A stretch of DNA of 63,998 bases, filler included, from Ionaspis alba (taxonomy: Eukaryota), in NCBI GenBank assembly GCA_964255285.1. It is 9 parts of 9 records of this genome, joined end to end, with 100 filler letters (N's around TTAATTAATTAA, not from the genome) between each part and the next. Parts side by side here need not be neighbours in the genome. Positions count along the whole stretch, not along the records: positions 36,513 to 43,660 come from CAXUUL010000849.1; positions 43,761 to 50,906 come from CAXUUL010000850.1; positions 51,007 to 58,125 come from CAXUUL010000852.1; 6 more parts are not named here. One strand, written 5' to 3'. Every line of letters begins with the position of its first letter. Within the stretch, counting starts at the first letter, position 1. Shown here in pieces: positions 39,501 to 52,738 of this stretch. Both the position numbers and the translations under genes were made by a program. The notes under the pieces are model-generated. The model saw only the letters and a list, made by a program, of their open reading frames with translations, had not been told where the DNA came from and searched no databases.

Positions 39501-40761
39501 TGCTTGCCAGAGACACCGACATTTCGGTATGCTTGCATTTCATTGACCTCGATTGACACATTAGCGCTCGGCATAACCATTTTGTAAAAGTCAAAGAATG
39601 ATCGGCTGTTATCGGCATTGAGTGTCGAAGAGTCCTTGACGACCAACGAGTCGGTACCTTGGGCGGCATGGTACCTTTCCGCCTCTTGTTTGAACTTGAT
39701 AGAAGCAGAAATCTCTGCCTCAACGAGATTGGACGCCTGGCCAGAAACCTTGATATTCTGTTCAGGTAGTTCCACAATTACTTCCACGATCATGCGACTT
39801 CCGCTACGATTGCTTCGACCTCGTGATCTGGCACGAAGAGCCGTGGCTTTGTGCCGCTGTATAGTGAACTTTGGAACACACCCATACAGAGCCGCATAAT
39901 TATAGATATCGACCTTGGCCTCCCGCTCTTGTTTGATTGTATCGTTGTCAAGCCGCTCTAGCTCCTCTTTACCAAACATTTCTCTCATCACACCAACTTC
40001 CTTTAGTTTTGCGATGAGATGTAGATATGCTGCCTTCTCTGCCTCTTTCCCACTTCGCCCGTCACCTACAGCCTCAATAGCGTCACGACCTCGTAGTGTG
40101 CAGGTGACGCTGCACCGTAGAAGATTGGACCGTAACGCAGAGTGTCTCGAAGTCAGTCGTGCCGTTCCCTGGATTGCGTCGTGAAGGACCGTCTTTGGCT
40201 GGTCGAGGAGTCCTTGTGGTAAACGAGGGAACTCAGTCTCAGTGGGGAGATCCATTGTGTGCCGGATGTGAGCTTCGTCAAACTCGATTGCTGATGATGT
40301 TGTCCGCTGTCGGTGTGGTGGCCGAGCTTGGAGATGTGTGCTTGCTTTCCGCTTTCCATAATTCCGGGAATCAGAGACCAGCTCACTCTGTATACCTGTT
40401 CGAGATGCATGATGACTGCCATCAGTAGAGTTTCTAGAGCCTGACCCATCTTGCTCTTTTTGTGACGAGCCACCAGAACGCTTTGTTGAATGCTCAGGTG
40501 TCTGAGCATTTTGTTCCTGCTTGAAGTCCTTTCTCATCAAGGGAGGCGGGAGATTATCTCTTGACCACAAACGAGAGTCTTGAGTCGTCGAATGTCCGCG
40601 GTACATCTGTGGTTTCCGATGTCGCCATGACGATAATGAATTGACATCCCGATTACGGACTGCGGAAGGCATGAGTCTCGACCGGAGCGCCTGTTGAGAA
40701 GTCAGTGCCAGTGCAAAAAGCTCTCTTCTTCAACATGAGTACTTACCAGCGCTCGTATCAT
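36513..40761 (-). CDS. DEAH/RHA-family RNA helicase, DHX30/DHX36-like with dsRBD-like N-terminal region; probable mitochondrial presequence; 3' end truncated
   Basis: Motifs are GATGSGKTTQVPQ, CTQPRRIAA, DEVHER, MSAT, TNIAETSITI and QRAGRAGR, followed by an HA2 region. A short upstream exon MIRAL (40761-40747) splices in frame through intron 40746-40691. Confidence 0.9.
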
Positions 40762-41003
40762 CGCGATTTGTTCTGAGAGATGGAATAAGGAACTTCCTAA
40801 TGAACGAACTGATGTTGGAGATAAAGGAAGGGAACGAAGAAGTTCTCATTACAATATTTGTCTCCAATACCTCCTCGAAGATAATGCACCGAGATTATTT
40901 CAACGCTAATTTTCGAGCACAAGAAAAAGTTGCTAGCGCATTTCTGCCATCGTCAATTTTGAGAGACATCATATTATTAATTAGCTCATATTCTCAGTTA
41001 TTC

Positions 41004-41093
41004 GGGCGAATGGTTTAGGGGTATAATGCTCGTTTCGCACGCTCCAGAGTACGAATGTACGAGAGGTCGTGGGTTCGATTCCCACTTCGTCCA
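41004..41093 (+). tRNA. tRNA-Ala(CGC) with 18-nt intron (41040-41057)
   Basis: The acceptor GGGCGAA/TTCGTCC+A has the G3:U70 Ala identity pair. The anticodon arm is CTCGT-TTCGCA[intron]T-ACGAG and the T-arm is GTGGG-TTCGATT-CCCAC. Confidence 0.93.
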
Positions 41094-41455
41094 CACTATT
41101 CCTGTCTATCGTAATAGACAGGCATGGCATTATTTTTGGAGATAGAGCAATAGTCTCTTTGTGGCGCAAAAGATGAGCGAAGGCTGTACAAATGTGTATT
41201 ACGCTCAGGAAATATAAATACTGTCCCTGCATGCACAAAAAGTTGTGTGCCAAATGTCGAGCAATATCGCGCCTGAGCACTACACCGATCTCAAGTACAA
41301 GGACCGTCATGCCTCTGCCCTAAAAATATATACAGCTGTGGCCAGCGATGATCCAAAATAATTCAGAATATTCATCTGACTATGTCGATTGCCTTGTTGT
41401 TGTTGAATGTCCCATCCTCATATCAAATTTTGTGCGAGCCATTGACCCTTGCGTC

Positions 41456-43068
41456 TCATAGAACCATGCAGATCAGTAAAATTGTCAATATCATGGCACA
41501 GATAGTGAACTCTCTCCTGGATGTGACTGAAACACTCCCACCTTGGAGAACCTCACTTGCTCCGTTGGTAGCCGTCGTGAGGGCAGGTGTCGTGGCAACA
41601 GCCATACCAGCACTCGCGCCGTCAGTAGGTGCTGGAGCTTTCGTTAACACTCCACTCGCCTCAGAACTGGCGGTCCTAGACAGCATTATCGTACTACTAC
41701 CCAAAACTAACGAGATCGCTGTCCTATCCAAGGTGACGGCTTGCCCAGGCAGAACGGTCGTACCAGTGACAAGGAGTCCGTTGCCACTTGGAGCTACAGT
41801 AAAGGTCTTGCCGCCTGTAGTATACACTGAAGATGGGCCCAATATTATAGGGGCCGCTGTACCGATGACAAGACCTGAAGGACCAAGAGAAACAGGTGTT
41901 CCAGAAAGCGTGATACCTGGACCACCTTTGACTAGTGTGATACCATCGAGTGCAAAAGCAGTCGGATTCGGGATGAACGTCTCACCAGCAATCGTAAGGC
42001 TGGCGCCAGCAGGTAGAAAGGCCGGTGCTGGAGTAGGCACTGCATATGTCTGTGTACCGACAACGAGACCGGATGAGCCAAGCAATATAGGTGTATTTGA
42101 AAAAGTGATGACTGGTCCGTTAGGTAACAGAGTCTTTTGTTCGATGATGAAGCCTCCATTTGGATTTGCGCTTAGAGTAACAGAGCCGGCAGCGAATAGA
42201 GACGGCTGAAATACTGAGGGATACCTGGCCTGTGGAAGCGCGATGGTAGATGTGCCCACCACGAGGTTTGATGCTCTTAGATCAAGGGAGACTGGTGTAC
42301 CAGCGATTGTGATAGGAGGCTCTCCCGCCTCAATTGTTTGGGACCCGATCATGACGGCAGAAGAAGCTACCCAGGCAGTCTGACCGCCGATGACGATCGG
42401 CGGAGAGACTGATGAAATTGGCAGAGGAAGAGGAGTCAAGCTAGGTAACGAGTTCAGTCCAACTCCTGGACCATAATGAGCTTCGATAGCCACAGAATTC
42501 TGAGCTTGCGGATTCTGCAAGGACGCTTCTTGGCTGAGTACATTTATTAAATGTGCATAATCAGTAGACATGCTGTGCGCAGCTGGAGGTTCGGTGGGAT
42601 GGAGGGGTGAGCCTATCAAACCTCCAGGAGCCAACCCGATGGCTGTTAGGGCCGGAAAATTCTGACCGGGTCTATCTTGAAGCACAGACGACGTAGGAAC
42701 ACTGAAGAAGGCATCAGTGTTTGGTGATCCAAGGCGTGCATGAGGATGTGTGTGGACTATGGCTGGCAAGCCAATCCATCTCCGTATACTTGAGACTGAG
42801 ACGATCGTAGTGTTCCCTTGTGGACAGCTCACCCCAGTGGCTATATTTACCACCTTCGGTTGCAAGAATACCGTGCTGCTAATGAAAAGTACAGCAGTGA
42901 AAGTAGTGGAAATTGTAGTGATTGTTCTTGATGAGTTGTTGTGAGGTAAAAATACTGTGACTTAGATTTAGTGGACAAGTTCCCATCGCACAGAAATCTG
43001 TGCCTTTATGACTAACCACTTGCACATGGCACTGTCAATACGTGAAGAATAAATAGCAGTTTATGCAT
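41456..43068 (-). CDS. Secreted, probably GPI-anchored mucin-like cell-wall protein with Gly/Thr beta-strand repeats
   Basis: A signal-like first exon MHKLLFILHVLTVPCAS splices (GTTAGT...CACAG) in frame to the 469-aa ORF. Repeats such as ITIAGTPVSL / ITLSGTPVSLGPSGLVIG are present, and the C-terminus is hydrophobic. Confidence 0.72.
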
Positions 43069-43760
43069 AGGCAATGGAACCATCGCCATCATTATAAGAA
43101 GAAACGGGTGCTTAGACGTCGTCTAAGTCCTACAAGAATGAAAGAAATGGATTTCAAGCTTCAGAGCACATCTAGAAGCCTGTCTTCAATACTGATGAAT
43201 CCAACCGTGAGATACAAGAAACATAACGAGATACGGGCCGTTGCGCATATACAAAGACCGTGGCAGTAGCTGAATATGAAGTCAATGGTCATGTACCAGC
43301 ATGGAAAGGCAGTAAGGAAGAACCAGCACTGCCAGCTTCAGCTGCAGATTGATGGAGCTAACGGTGACATCGTCGAATGGTATCATCATGATTATCCAGC
43401 TGAGCTTTCACCAAATGTTGGACATCTCTTGCCGTTCTCGACTTTCAAATCACTCAGAGACAGATAGGGCCAGTTCCGAATGCCCATTGGATCAGAAGAA
43501 TCCTCGCAATCTCCCAATAGCCCCCTGCTAGTGGTGCGCAGCTGATACTAGTAAGCCCCCTTTCTCATAGTAGACCTAGGCAGTGGGGGCGAGATCAAAT
43601 CGTTGAATGACGCTAACTAGGCTCTCTCTGTTTTGCCCTGGGATTTAGAAAGATCGGTACNNNNNNNNNNNNNNNNNNNNNNNNNNNNNNNNNNNNNNNN
43701 NNNNTTAATTAATTAANNNNNNNNNNNNNNNNNNNNNNNNNNNNNNNNNNNNNNNNNNNN

Positions 43761-44335
43761 TCCCCAGCCTTATCCACCGCCCCACCCGCCGTATTCTGCA
43801 CAAGTTCCCCAGCGCCATCCACCGTCTCCCCTACCTCATCTAACTGCTCTAGGGGTCCCCCGCCAGAAGTCCCATTCGCCTGTTTCTGAGCCGTCTTCTT
43901 ACGACGGTTGCGTCGTCCACCGGTGGCTTCGGGCTCCGAGCGCGCGATCGATTCCGTGTCCGACTCTGTGGGCGGCTTACTGCGGCCGCGACCACGGCTT
44001 TGGCGGCGAGGTTTGGATGGAGCGCGGGAGGCGGGTTGGGAGGGCTCGCCGTTTTGTTTAGGGGCGGATTCTCCGCCCTCTCCTTCTTTCTGTTCGGCTG
44101 AACCGTTCTCTTCTGGAGCGTCTTCTTTGGTATCGCCACCGCCGCCTTCTTTTTGCTGCTCTTGTTGCTGCTGTTGCTTTTTGGGGAGCTTGGGCGGGGT
44201 CCGTTTGCTGGATTGGCTTTGCTTCTGAGAGGAGGAGGCGTTGATCCCACCGCTTCCGGCTGCGGAGGCGGATCCGGAGGCGGAGGCACCGGCTTGATTG
44301 GTGGTTTCTTCGGTTTTGGTTTGTTCGTCTGCCAT
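43761..44335 (-). CDS. Hydrophilic, disordered LEA/hydrophilin-like protein (3' truncated)
   Basis: It is G/Q/E/K/S-rich and lacks aromatic and Cys residues. It ends in the amphipathic segment LDEVGETVDGAGELVQNTAGGAVDKAG at the scaffold edge. Confidence 0.75.
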
Positions 44336-45405
44336 TCTTGCGGAGGAGCGATATGTCGGATCGATAGAAGGGGACTTTTGCTTTTTGTTATGTGATTGAG
44401 ATGGATACCAAAATATGTGGTTTTCTCTCTTTCTTTTTTAGCAACGAGAAAGCGATGCGCAAGTCAATGAATCAGTGAAGTATGCAGGAGTGTAAGCACA
44501 ATCGAAGAGTGTAGGTCAAGAGATCATCCATGGGTCTGGCAGGAAACGGGAGGATCGAAGCAGGTCTCTGTCGCAATTTTGCGTCATAGGGTCAGAGCCG
44601 GAAGACGAGGTTGGAGTGTGCAGGGGCAGAACAGGCAGATTAGAGGGTCCCATGCCGAATTGAGGAGTAACAGGGGAAATTGAAGCCGAATTGGGGGGCC
44701 GGGAGTAATTGTAAGTGGCAAAGGCTGAAGGGGAGGATAGGACATGAACAGGGGAGATTGCCAACTTCCCAGTCGTCGGCATCGGTTCTCTTCCGACTTG
44801 AGTGGCACGAGTGGCTGGTCACAGGGGGGCACAGAAATCAGACGGACAAATTGGTTGCTCGATGAAAGGCAAAATGTACATGAAGGGATAACTGTAGTGG
44901 TGGTTCGTATATATTACTATATAATCTAGAACATGTTGAGGTAAGGGATTTGGCGAAGTTCTTAGACCGCGACTCCGACTGTCAGGACTTCTTGTTCTTG
45001 GGACTGAGAATCCCAACGACGAGGCCTCGAGAGTTGTGGCGTGAACTATCGAATGAAGGCCGCTAAAACCGGTAACATGGTTCAGATCAACCAGGAGCGC
45101 CACTGGAGTATGCGCGCTGTTGGTCCCCGACTTCCCTGCCCCCTATGATGAAATCGTGCGACGCGAAGCCTGTTCCCGCCTTCGAAGGACGAGTCCACAA
45201 GTCCAAGGAGGTCAGGGACATTGGGACGCATTGCACACGAATGTTCCTCTTTCTCCATCATCTCTAATTATACGATCCATCTTCATCCCATCGTGGGTCT
45301 CATCATCTCTATCCAGCCGTAATCACAAATCGCATAATCCTCTCTCCTATCTAGATCAATATATCCTCTTCTCCTGCGTCCCACTCACGCCCCATCCGCC
45401 AAACC
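44336..45405. promoter_or_regulatory. Bidirectional promoter with 7 STRE-like AGGGG/CCCCT motifs
   Basis: AGGGG occurs at 44369, 44622, 44672, 44729, 44750 and 44823, and CCCCT at ~45140. The region lies between two divergent ATGs. Confidence 0.45.
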
Positions 45406-45882
45406 ATGTCTTCCTCCGAACAAACTCCCAAAAAAGCTCGTCAAACAACCACGGTCTCCGACTCCGAAGAAACCGACCCAGGCTACCGCTCACGCTCCCA
45501 ATCGCGCCGCGCTCGCCGCAAGAAGCAAGTCCAAACCAAGCAAAAACAGTCCATGCCCTCCGTTCCCGAAGCCTCCTCCGAAGCCCAAGCCTCCCAGCAA
45601 CCTCCTCCTGAACAACAGCAACAGCAACAGCAAGCATCCGCGCAGTCATCATCTGAAGCGCAACGAAATATGCCTCCTCAGCAAGCCCAACAACAGGACA
45701 ATGCCATGCAACCCTTCGAGTGGATCGGGCCTGACAGTACATCTATGGATGGACCGGTCACATATGCGAGGGCACAAAGGGGCGAGATACCCATGCGGCC
45801 TGGGAATCCGAATCAGAAGCTCGAGACGGCCGGTGGGAAGGGGGAGAGTAAGATGATGGATCAGGATGGGTTGAAGTTGCGG
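45406..45882 (+). CDS. Small Q/S-rich hydrophilic protein; C-terminus (…QDGLKLR) runs into a 100-N gap
   Basis: ATG 45406 is in a CCAAACC context and opens a Q-rich ORF. The 339-aa fusion with UreG in the ORF track is a gap artefact. Confidence 0.72.
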
Positions 45883-46152
45883 NNNNNNNNNNNNNNNNNN
45901 NNNNNNNNNNNNNNNNNNNNNNNNNNNNNNNNNNNNNNNNNNNNNNNNNNNNNNNNNNNNNNNNNNNNNNNNNNNNNNNNNNTTCTTCGAGTTCTGGCAG
46001 TGAATCAAGCCCTGCATATTATTTGCATAACTTCAATACTATCAGCGCGAGAGGGTGGGGCAACCCCCACCTTGTCCGTTAGGCAATTGATAAACACATC
46101 CTGTACATTAACCGTTCCTCCTCTCTACAAGATCAAACAACATCCCTATATC

Positions 46153-47267
46153 ATGGCAGAGGTATCCAGTCATTCTCATGACGGCCTCGCGCCCCACACT
46201 CACGACCACAATGGATTCAATACCGCCGAGCACGGCCACTCCCACGAGATCCTCGATGGGCCCGGCTCGTACATGGGGCGAGAGATGCCAATTGTCGAGG
46301 GAAGAGATTGGCGTGATAGAGCCTTTACAGTAGGAATTGGTGGGTATGCCCTCCTCCCTATCAGTCTGGCAATAATCACCGATTTTTTCTGTTCTGTCTT
46401 CCTAGAGAATTCCTGCTGTAACTGATATTCCCAATCAATCGCTAATGAACGTTTGATTTCCCCACAGGCCCGTTGGTTCTGGCAAAACAGCCCTGATGCT
46501 TCAACTATGCCTCAAATTGCGCGCCGAGTATAGCATTGCAGCTGTAACAAACGACATCTTCACTCGGTACTCCACCTTTTCCCTCTAAACGCTAGACTAC
46601 AAAAGTCCTGCTTCCTAATGGTCCTCCAGCGAAGACGCTGAATTCTTAACCCGCAACGCCGCCCTCCCCGCCCCACGCATCCAAGCCATCGAAACAGGAG
46701 GCTGTCCACACGCCGCCGTCCGCGAAGACATCTCCGCCAATCTTCTCGCGCTACAGACACTGCACCAGCGCTTCGCAACCGACATCTTATTGATTGAAAG
46801 CGGAGGTGATAATCTAGCCGCCAATTATAGCCGTGAGCTGGCGGATTTCATCATCTATGTGATTGATGTGGCGGGCGGAGATAAGGTGCCGAGGAAGGGC
46901 GGGCCGGGCATCACAGGGAGTGATTTGTTGGTTGTGAACAAGGTGAGTTGAGGTGACAAAGGCAGCGTCGGGAGATGTAGCTGATGTGGGAGGGTAGATT
47001 GATTTGGCGCAGGCGGTTGGAGCCGATTTAGGGGTTATGGAAAGGGATGCTGGACGGATGAGGTACGTCCTGTGGATTCTGAGCGCTTTCTGTGTGCTGA
47101 TTTGATATAGGGAGGGCGGACCCACCATTTTTGCAAACGTCAAACATGGCGTCGGTGTGGATAACATAGTGGGCTTGATCAAGAGTGCTTGGAAGAGCAG
47201 CGGAGCTCAAGACGTATGCTTGGAGAAATGGAAGATGCATGGAAAGAAGGGCTCTGGAGAGGTGTGA
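46153..47267 (+). CDS. ureG: Urease accessory GTPase UreG (multi-exon)
   Basis: It has a His-rich N-terminus ([19 protein letters not shown]). Motifs are [30 protein letters not shown] and [16 protein letters not shown] is at 47265-47267. Confidence 0.95.
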
Positions 47268-47817
47268 CCTGTTCACTAGAGCAAAAAGACCGGTTCTTAG
47301 TGAAATTTGTCGAGAGCATTGGAAATGCCTGTTGAGTATCTGGATCTTTTGGCTGAAGAGAATTGGCATGATATATAAGGCATCTATTCTGTGGTTGGGA
47401 GTCCATCAAACATGGCCTGAATTCGAGCTGCGATCTTCTCACAGCACTGAAGCCTGTCTGCGGATGACTGACTTTGTACGGAGCTATGACATGGGCTATT
47501 GTGCTTTTCGTCTCCGACAGGCTTGCCCGTGTGCTCTTCGTGAGTCTGCCACAATGTCGTAACGTTTCTGTAAAGCAGAATGAAACCCTTATCGACAAGA
47601 TCCTGATATGATAAGTAGATAGAACGAATAGTGACCTTGGCTCTGAACCTACGTCCCGATCAAACATGGTTGCGATGCCCCTTGTTCTCCTACTCTTCAA
47701 CAATGGTACTGGGATGCGGCGAGTGTTGAGGAAACGTGGCACAGGTGCATCCTATGCAGAGCACGACCACACCATCTTAACTGCAATATCCTCCTTTTCT
47801 TGACTCTATCCTCTTAC

Positions 47818-49037
47818 TTAGCTCCCGATCCTCCCTCTTCCCCTTCCACCAGCCGGGAAGTTCTTGGCACTGAGCAAGGCGCCTTTGAATCCTTTGATCT
47901 CCGTCTTGACCTTTGCAATCTCGTCCTCAACCATAGCTATACCAGCAACGCCTGATCCAGCCCCATGTACTAGACTATCGGGCGCGGATCGCAGGCGACC
48001 ATACCGCACGTCATCAAGATAGTTCAGCAAGTCCTTCATGCTCTGTTTTAGGCTTTCGTCAGACTCAGTGACAGAAGACGACGAGTCCAGAGTCGAAGCA
48101 AGGTGTGTATGAATGGCATGCAGGGAGTGTTGGTGGTTAGCGGTCGGTGTTGCTGGCTCTGCGCCGTCAAGCGCTGGATGGGAAGATGAAGAGGATAGGG
48201 CTGGGGAGGGAGGCGGAGACGTTTGTGTACCTGTGTCACGATGGAAAAGCTCTGTTGGGTCCGAAAATATGGAGTCTATATCCTCTGAAGCTTCGCCGTC
48301 TCTGGTGAGATTCAAACCGTGAGAGTGTGGAGGTGGTAGGACGGAGACAACGCCGGAGAGTTTCTCGTTCAGCATGTGAAGGTTCGATAAAGCGGTCTCG
48401 AATAGTGATTGCCGAGCTTCTGTTAGGGAGTCGAGCATTGGTGTGAGGATATAAGTCGACGCTGTGTACATTGCAGCTGAGGTTGCGAGAGTGGCGTAGA
48501 GGGACTTGAGGAGGACGGGAGTGGTGAGGAGGGGTGGTGGGGGCAAAGGGCGGAGGAATTCCGGGTATGTGATAATTGGAGGGATTGATGAGGGCTCTGG
48601 CGAGGAGGAAGACGACGAAGTCGTAGACTCAGAGGAAGCGGTAGACGGCGAAGATGCTGGCTATAATGGGGTAAACTTTGGAATCGAAGTGAAGTGAGAA
48701 CGATATCTACCTTGGCTCCGGGAAGGGTCGGTGGTGGAGGAGTAGTTGAGGCTTCGATGTTCTTAGATACACCAAGGAGGCTGTGGATCTCTTCATTCGT
48801 CAGGCCTTTGGTTTCGAGAAAAAAGATCTTGCGGTCAGCAGATGCATCTCGTATACTTTCGTCTTGAAGAAATTTGGAAGCTTGGTCGATCAAGGTGGCT
48901 CTGGAGCTACTGGCGTCCTCAGAAGGTTTCGGGTCTTCAATGCTTGCGCCAGTCGTTCGATTTGGAGGTTCTTCGGAGCCTTCTGCGATCCCTTGACGCT
49001 GCCATTGGGGTATTGATGTGCTCTTTGAGTCTACCAT
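47818..49037 (-). CDS. Peroxin Pex14/17 (Pex33)-like protein with Pex14 N-terminal domain (2 exons)
   Basis: Motifs are LIDQASKFLQDESIRDASADRKIFFLETKGLTNEEI, PPIITYPEFL, DPTELFHRDTGTQT and C-terminal KTEIKGFKGALLSAKNFP. Confidence 0.82.
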
Positions 49038-49680
49038 TGCTGTGGTTGAAGTATGAAGCTCTAGAATCGGTTGTCATTGATTCAGCATCATCAATTGCAA
49101 AAGATGCCTCGGCTCGAAGACTTGGCGACGACATCTCAAGACTTGTGAGAACTTGACCAATCAGGATTGCAGTTGAACCAGGACAAGCATTCCCTGCAAT
49201 CTAGCACCTTTGTTAGCAAACACATACATTGTACCAGTGGAGGATAGAGGAGTCGCGTAAGCAACGCCGCAGCCTCAGCAGATTAGGAGTACCACCGCGA
49301 TCAAACGTGCACGATTGGACTAGGCAGAACCGCAATAGTAGGGGATTGGCTAATATGTATGTTAAGGAATTTACTTGATATTTGACTGCAATGTTCTAAG
49401 TGGTGCCTTCCATTCTGCCATTATTTCCTGAATTTCCACCTTGAGGTCAAGAATGACAAAGGTCTCTTGTATACACCACATTTCAGTGCCTGTAATTCCA
49501 AGCGGCGGCCGCCTGCATCACCAGCATGCTTGACCGAACGCGATTCCTTTATCTTCCATCCACCTAATCCTCCAACATTTGAGCGTAAATTTTCTCAATT
49601 TGCCTACAACATGCAACATCTGTTCTCGATATAGTCATCAAGTATTTAACTACTTACGATTTGATCACATCCCTGTTGTC

Positions 49681-50906
49681 ATGCCTCCAAGTCGTACTCT
49701 CCGTACTCGCGCCTCTCTGACAGCAGCATCCAGCGCTCCTTCCTCTTTGCCGATTATGTCTCGGCCCCGTCGAGCTGCATCCGGAAACGCAAGCCCGGCT
49801 ATCACAGTCGCTCGCGTCCCATCACCTGACTCCTCCAAAAAGTCGATCCACCTGACTGTCAAAATGCCTTCCAGTAAACTCCGAGAGGCTACTTCAGGAG
49901 CGACCTCGAAAAATGTGACCGTCAATTCGCGAGACTCTTTTGAGAAAGGCGAAATAATCCACGGACCAAGAGGTAGTAGAGCGAAGCGAAGCGTTGTGAT
50001 TGAAAGCGGAAGCGAAGACGAAGACGACGAAGAGGTAGAGGAGGAGGAAGAGGAGATAGACCAGAGGGCGGCTCTGAGTGATGAAGACGATGAGGATGAG
50101 GAAGAAGAAGCGGAAGAGGAGGAAGAAGAGGAGGAAGATGCGGAGGGCGAAGATGATGACGAAGGTGCCGAAGAAATTGACGATAACGACGAGGATGAGG
50201 AGGAAGAAGAAGATGCATCCGGCCCCAGTGATGTGGACGCTGACGGAGACACTCCAATGCCAGATCCCACACCCCCTGCACCCAAGATTCGCATGAAAGG
50301 TCCTTCCGCCGCGACCACTACAACAGCCCCAAGCTTAGTCGTCACACCCGCTCCAGCGCAACCCAACAGAAGCGGAACATCCAAACCAAAATCTGGCCTC
50401 AGTAAACCAACCCAACCACCACCGACCCCGTCCGACGACGACGAAGACCTCTCCGACCTCGACTCCGCCGAAGAAGACGCCTCGGGCGAAGCCGATGCCG
50501 AAGGTGAAGACGTTCCTGACGAAGACCAAGAAATGGGCGACGACATCTCGAACGACTCCGAGACCACCGCAACACCGGCCTCGGGCTCGCGCGGCAGCAC
50601 GCCCGACATCAGCAAAATGACCAAGCGTCAGCGCAGCCGGCTGGACCAGGTCATCGGCAACGATTTTTTGCAGCTGCCTATGGAGCCGCAGATCAAGAAG
50701 CACTTGACGGCCGAAGAGCACGCGATGCGCCGTGCGGAGATGGCGAGGCGTAGGAAGAATCTTAGCGAGAAGAGGAATGAAGAGGAGAAGATGGATACGA
50801 TCAATCGGCTATTGAAGAAACAGGCGCCGAAGAGGAGGGGAAAGATCAGTGGGGCGGAGTTGGCGGCGCAGGCGGGAACGCCGGCGGAGAGGGAGGAGGG
50901 AGAGAT
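49681..50906 (+). CDS. IES2: INO80 complex subunit Ies2 (PAPA-1 domain), 3' truncated
   Basis: An acidic tract is followed by KMTKRQR...LTAEEHAMRRAEMARRRKNLSEKRNEEEKMDTINRLLKKQAPK. Confidence 0.9.
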
Positions 50907-52738
50907 NNNNNNNNNNNNNNNNNNNNNNNNNNNNNNNNNNNNNNNNNNNNTTAATTAATTAANNNNNNNNNNNNNNNNNNNNNNNNNNNNNNNNNNNNNN
51001 NNNNNNGAGAAGGGAGTTCGGTGGATGCTGAAAGGGTTCGAGGGCTTGTTTCATGAAATGCAAACACACCTGGCACTGGGCGCTTTTCCTTCCATCTCCG
51101 GATGTCGGTGGAGTATTGACTCCCCCTGACAGGACCAGCAGGAAAAATTATTATTGACGCGTCACTTCTGCTCTACTCATACAGGTATTCCTTCGGTCGA
51201 AGTCAGCCGAAGAGTCTCGGCTACGTGAAGGATCGAGGCTTGTTATACGGACCTTCTTTCTCTTATGGACAGGCAGTCACTTAATTTCTTCGATGAAGTC
51301 ACGTTGTCTACCATTCATGCAGGTGAAGAATAGATTAGGAGTATCATATCCAGCCGTTATCTGATGCACGAGCACTATAGAATATGCGGTGGAATGAATT
51401 CTTCACTGTTAGTTTACCAGCAGACTTTGATCGGCGACCGTGCTCGACTGCGATGCCGGCATCATCCCAAATACAATCACAGAAGCATCCCTTTAGTGCT
51501 TGAGCCTACAAGCTACTAAAACCATCTGACGCGCACTCTGCATTCCGCTTTTCAGGGTTTTATATCTCACATGGGCCAGCGCTTCCGTTTGTGCTGTTCC
51601 ATCGTAATTTACATCTCATCCAGCACTCCGATAGTATGGATCCTATCCCCATTGGTCACACGTGAAACGCACCATTTATACAGAGAAACATGACAGCTTC
51701 GATGAAGTTTCTCGGGATGAACACATCACCATTCACTCAAGTTACTCCAAACTTAATCTATGCGCTCCATCTCTTTTCCCTCCATCTCTTTTCCCAAATG
51801 TTTGACAGAACCCCTCGTGCATGCACGTGCCCCGCACCCATCTACCGTTGCACGACGAAACAAGAGCAGGCTACGCAACATGAATCCAAGAGCTAGGACC
51901 TCGAGTTCCTGCATGGGTCCAAAGACCTCTTCACTCTATTTATATTGTGTAGTTGCACAAGAGCTCCACTCAGATCCTCACGATTATTGGAAAGTCGACC
52001 ATTACCGGAAGATTCAAGGTTGTTGTGCGTTGGCGACCTCAATGTCGCGGTCTTTTGATCCTGTTCATTGTCTGCTGCTGCGATTTCTCGCATTGTTTCA
52101 TCTTACAACAGTTAAGGAAACCGTCCTTGACCGGACCTTCAGATCTCTGGTGTCGGTTGTAGAGGACACAAGTTCGGTGCATCAGCCAATCACAGTCATT
52201 CAGTGTTGAGTCGTCAAATAAGGGCACAGCAAGTGAGCAGATATCAGTCTGACATATTAGTCACGCGTCCATCACTTTGAAGTCGTCGAAACTAGGCAGG
52301 ATCAAGTGACAGGGTCAACTATAACCAAACTGACAACCCCGCCATGCACGGTAGAAAATACATTGCCTGAATGCCGCTCATACATTAAAGCACAGACGTC
52401 TTCATGGATTCCCCAGAGAGTGAATCCTAACTTCTCTAAGCGCCATGCAGAAAAGTCGAAGACGACTATGGGCCTTGCAATCGCTCAGGCTATATCCCGT
52501 CTTTATGCCCTGACTGCGTGAGACCATATTGAATTCCTCAGAAGAATACGTAGCTAGAAGCACGACAGAGGCTTGATGATGCAGTCTCGACGTTAATCTG
52601 GCTTCCCATCTCTTCGATAGTTCTTAAATACTGTCGATTTTGAAGATCCGATCAGGACTGGCCAAGCTGTAGCCATATCACGAGGAAGGCTAACGAAGCA
52701 GGCGACCTTCATCAAGTCCTACCTTCTCCTGCAAAACC

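Noticed and set aside
45406..46425. 339-aa ORF suggesting a Q-rich protein-UreG fusion
   Set aside because: It reads through a 100-N gap of arbitrary length. UreG has its own ATG at 46153 and a normal N-terminus.
51006..52700. Short ORFs downstream of the RED-like gene
   Set aside because: They have no motifs or consistent splice model and are treated as intergenic.
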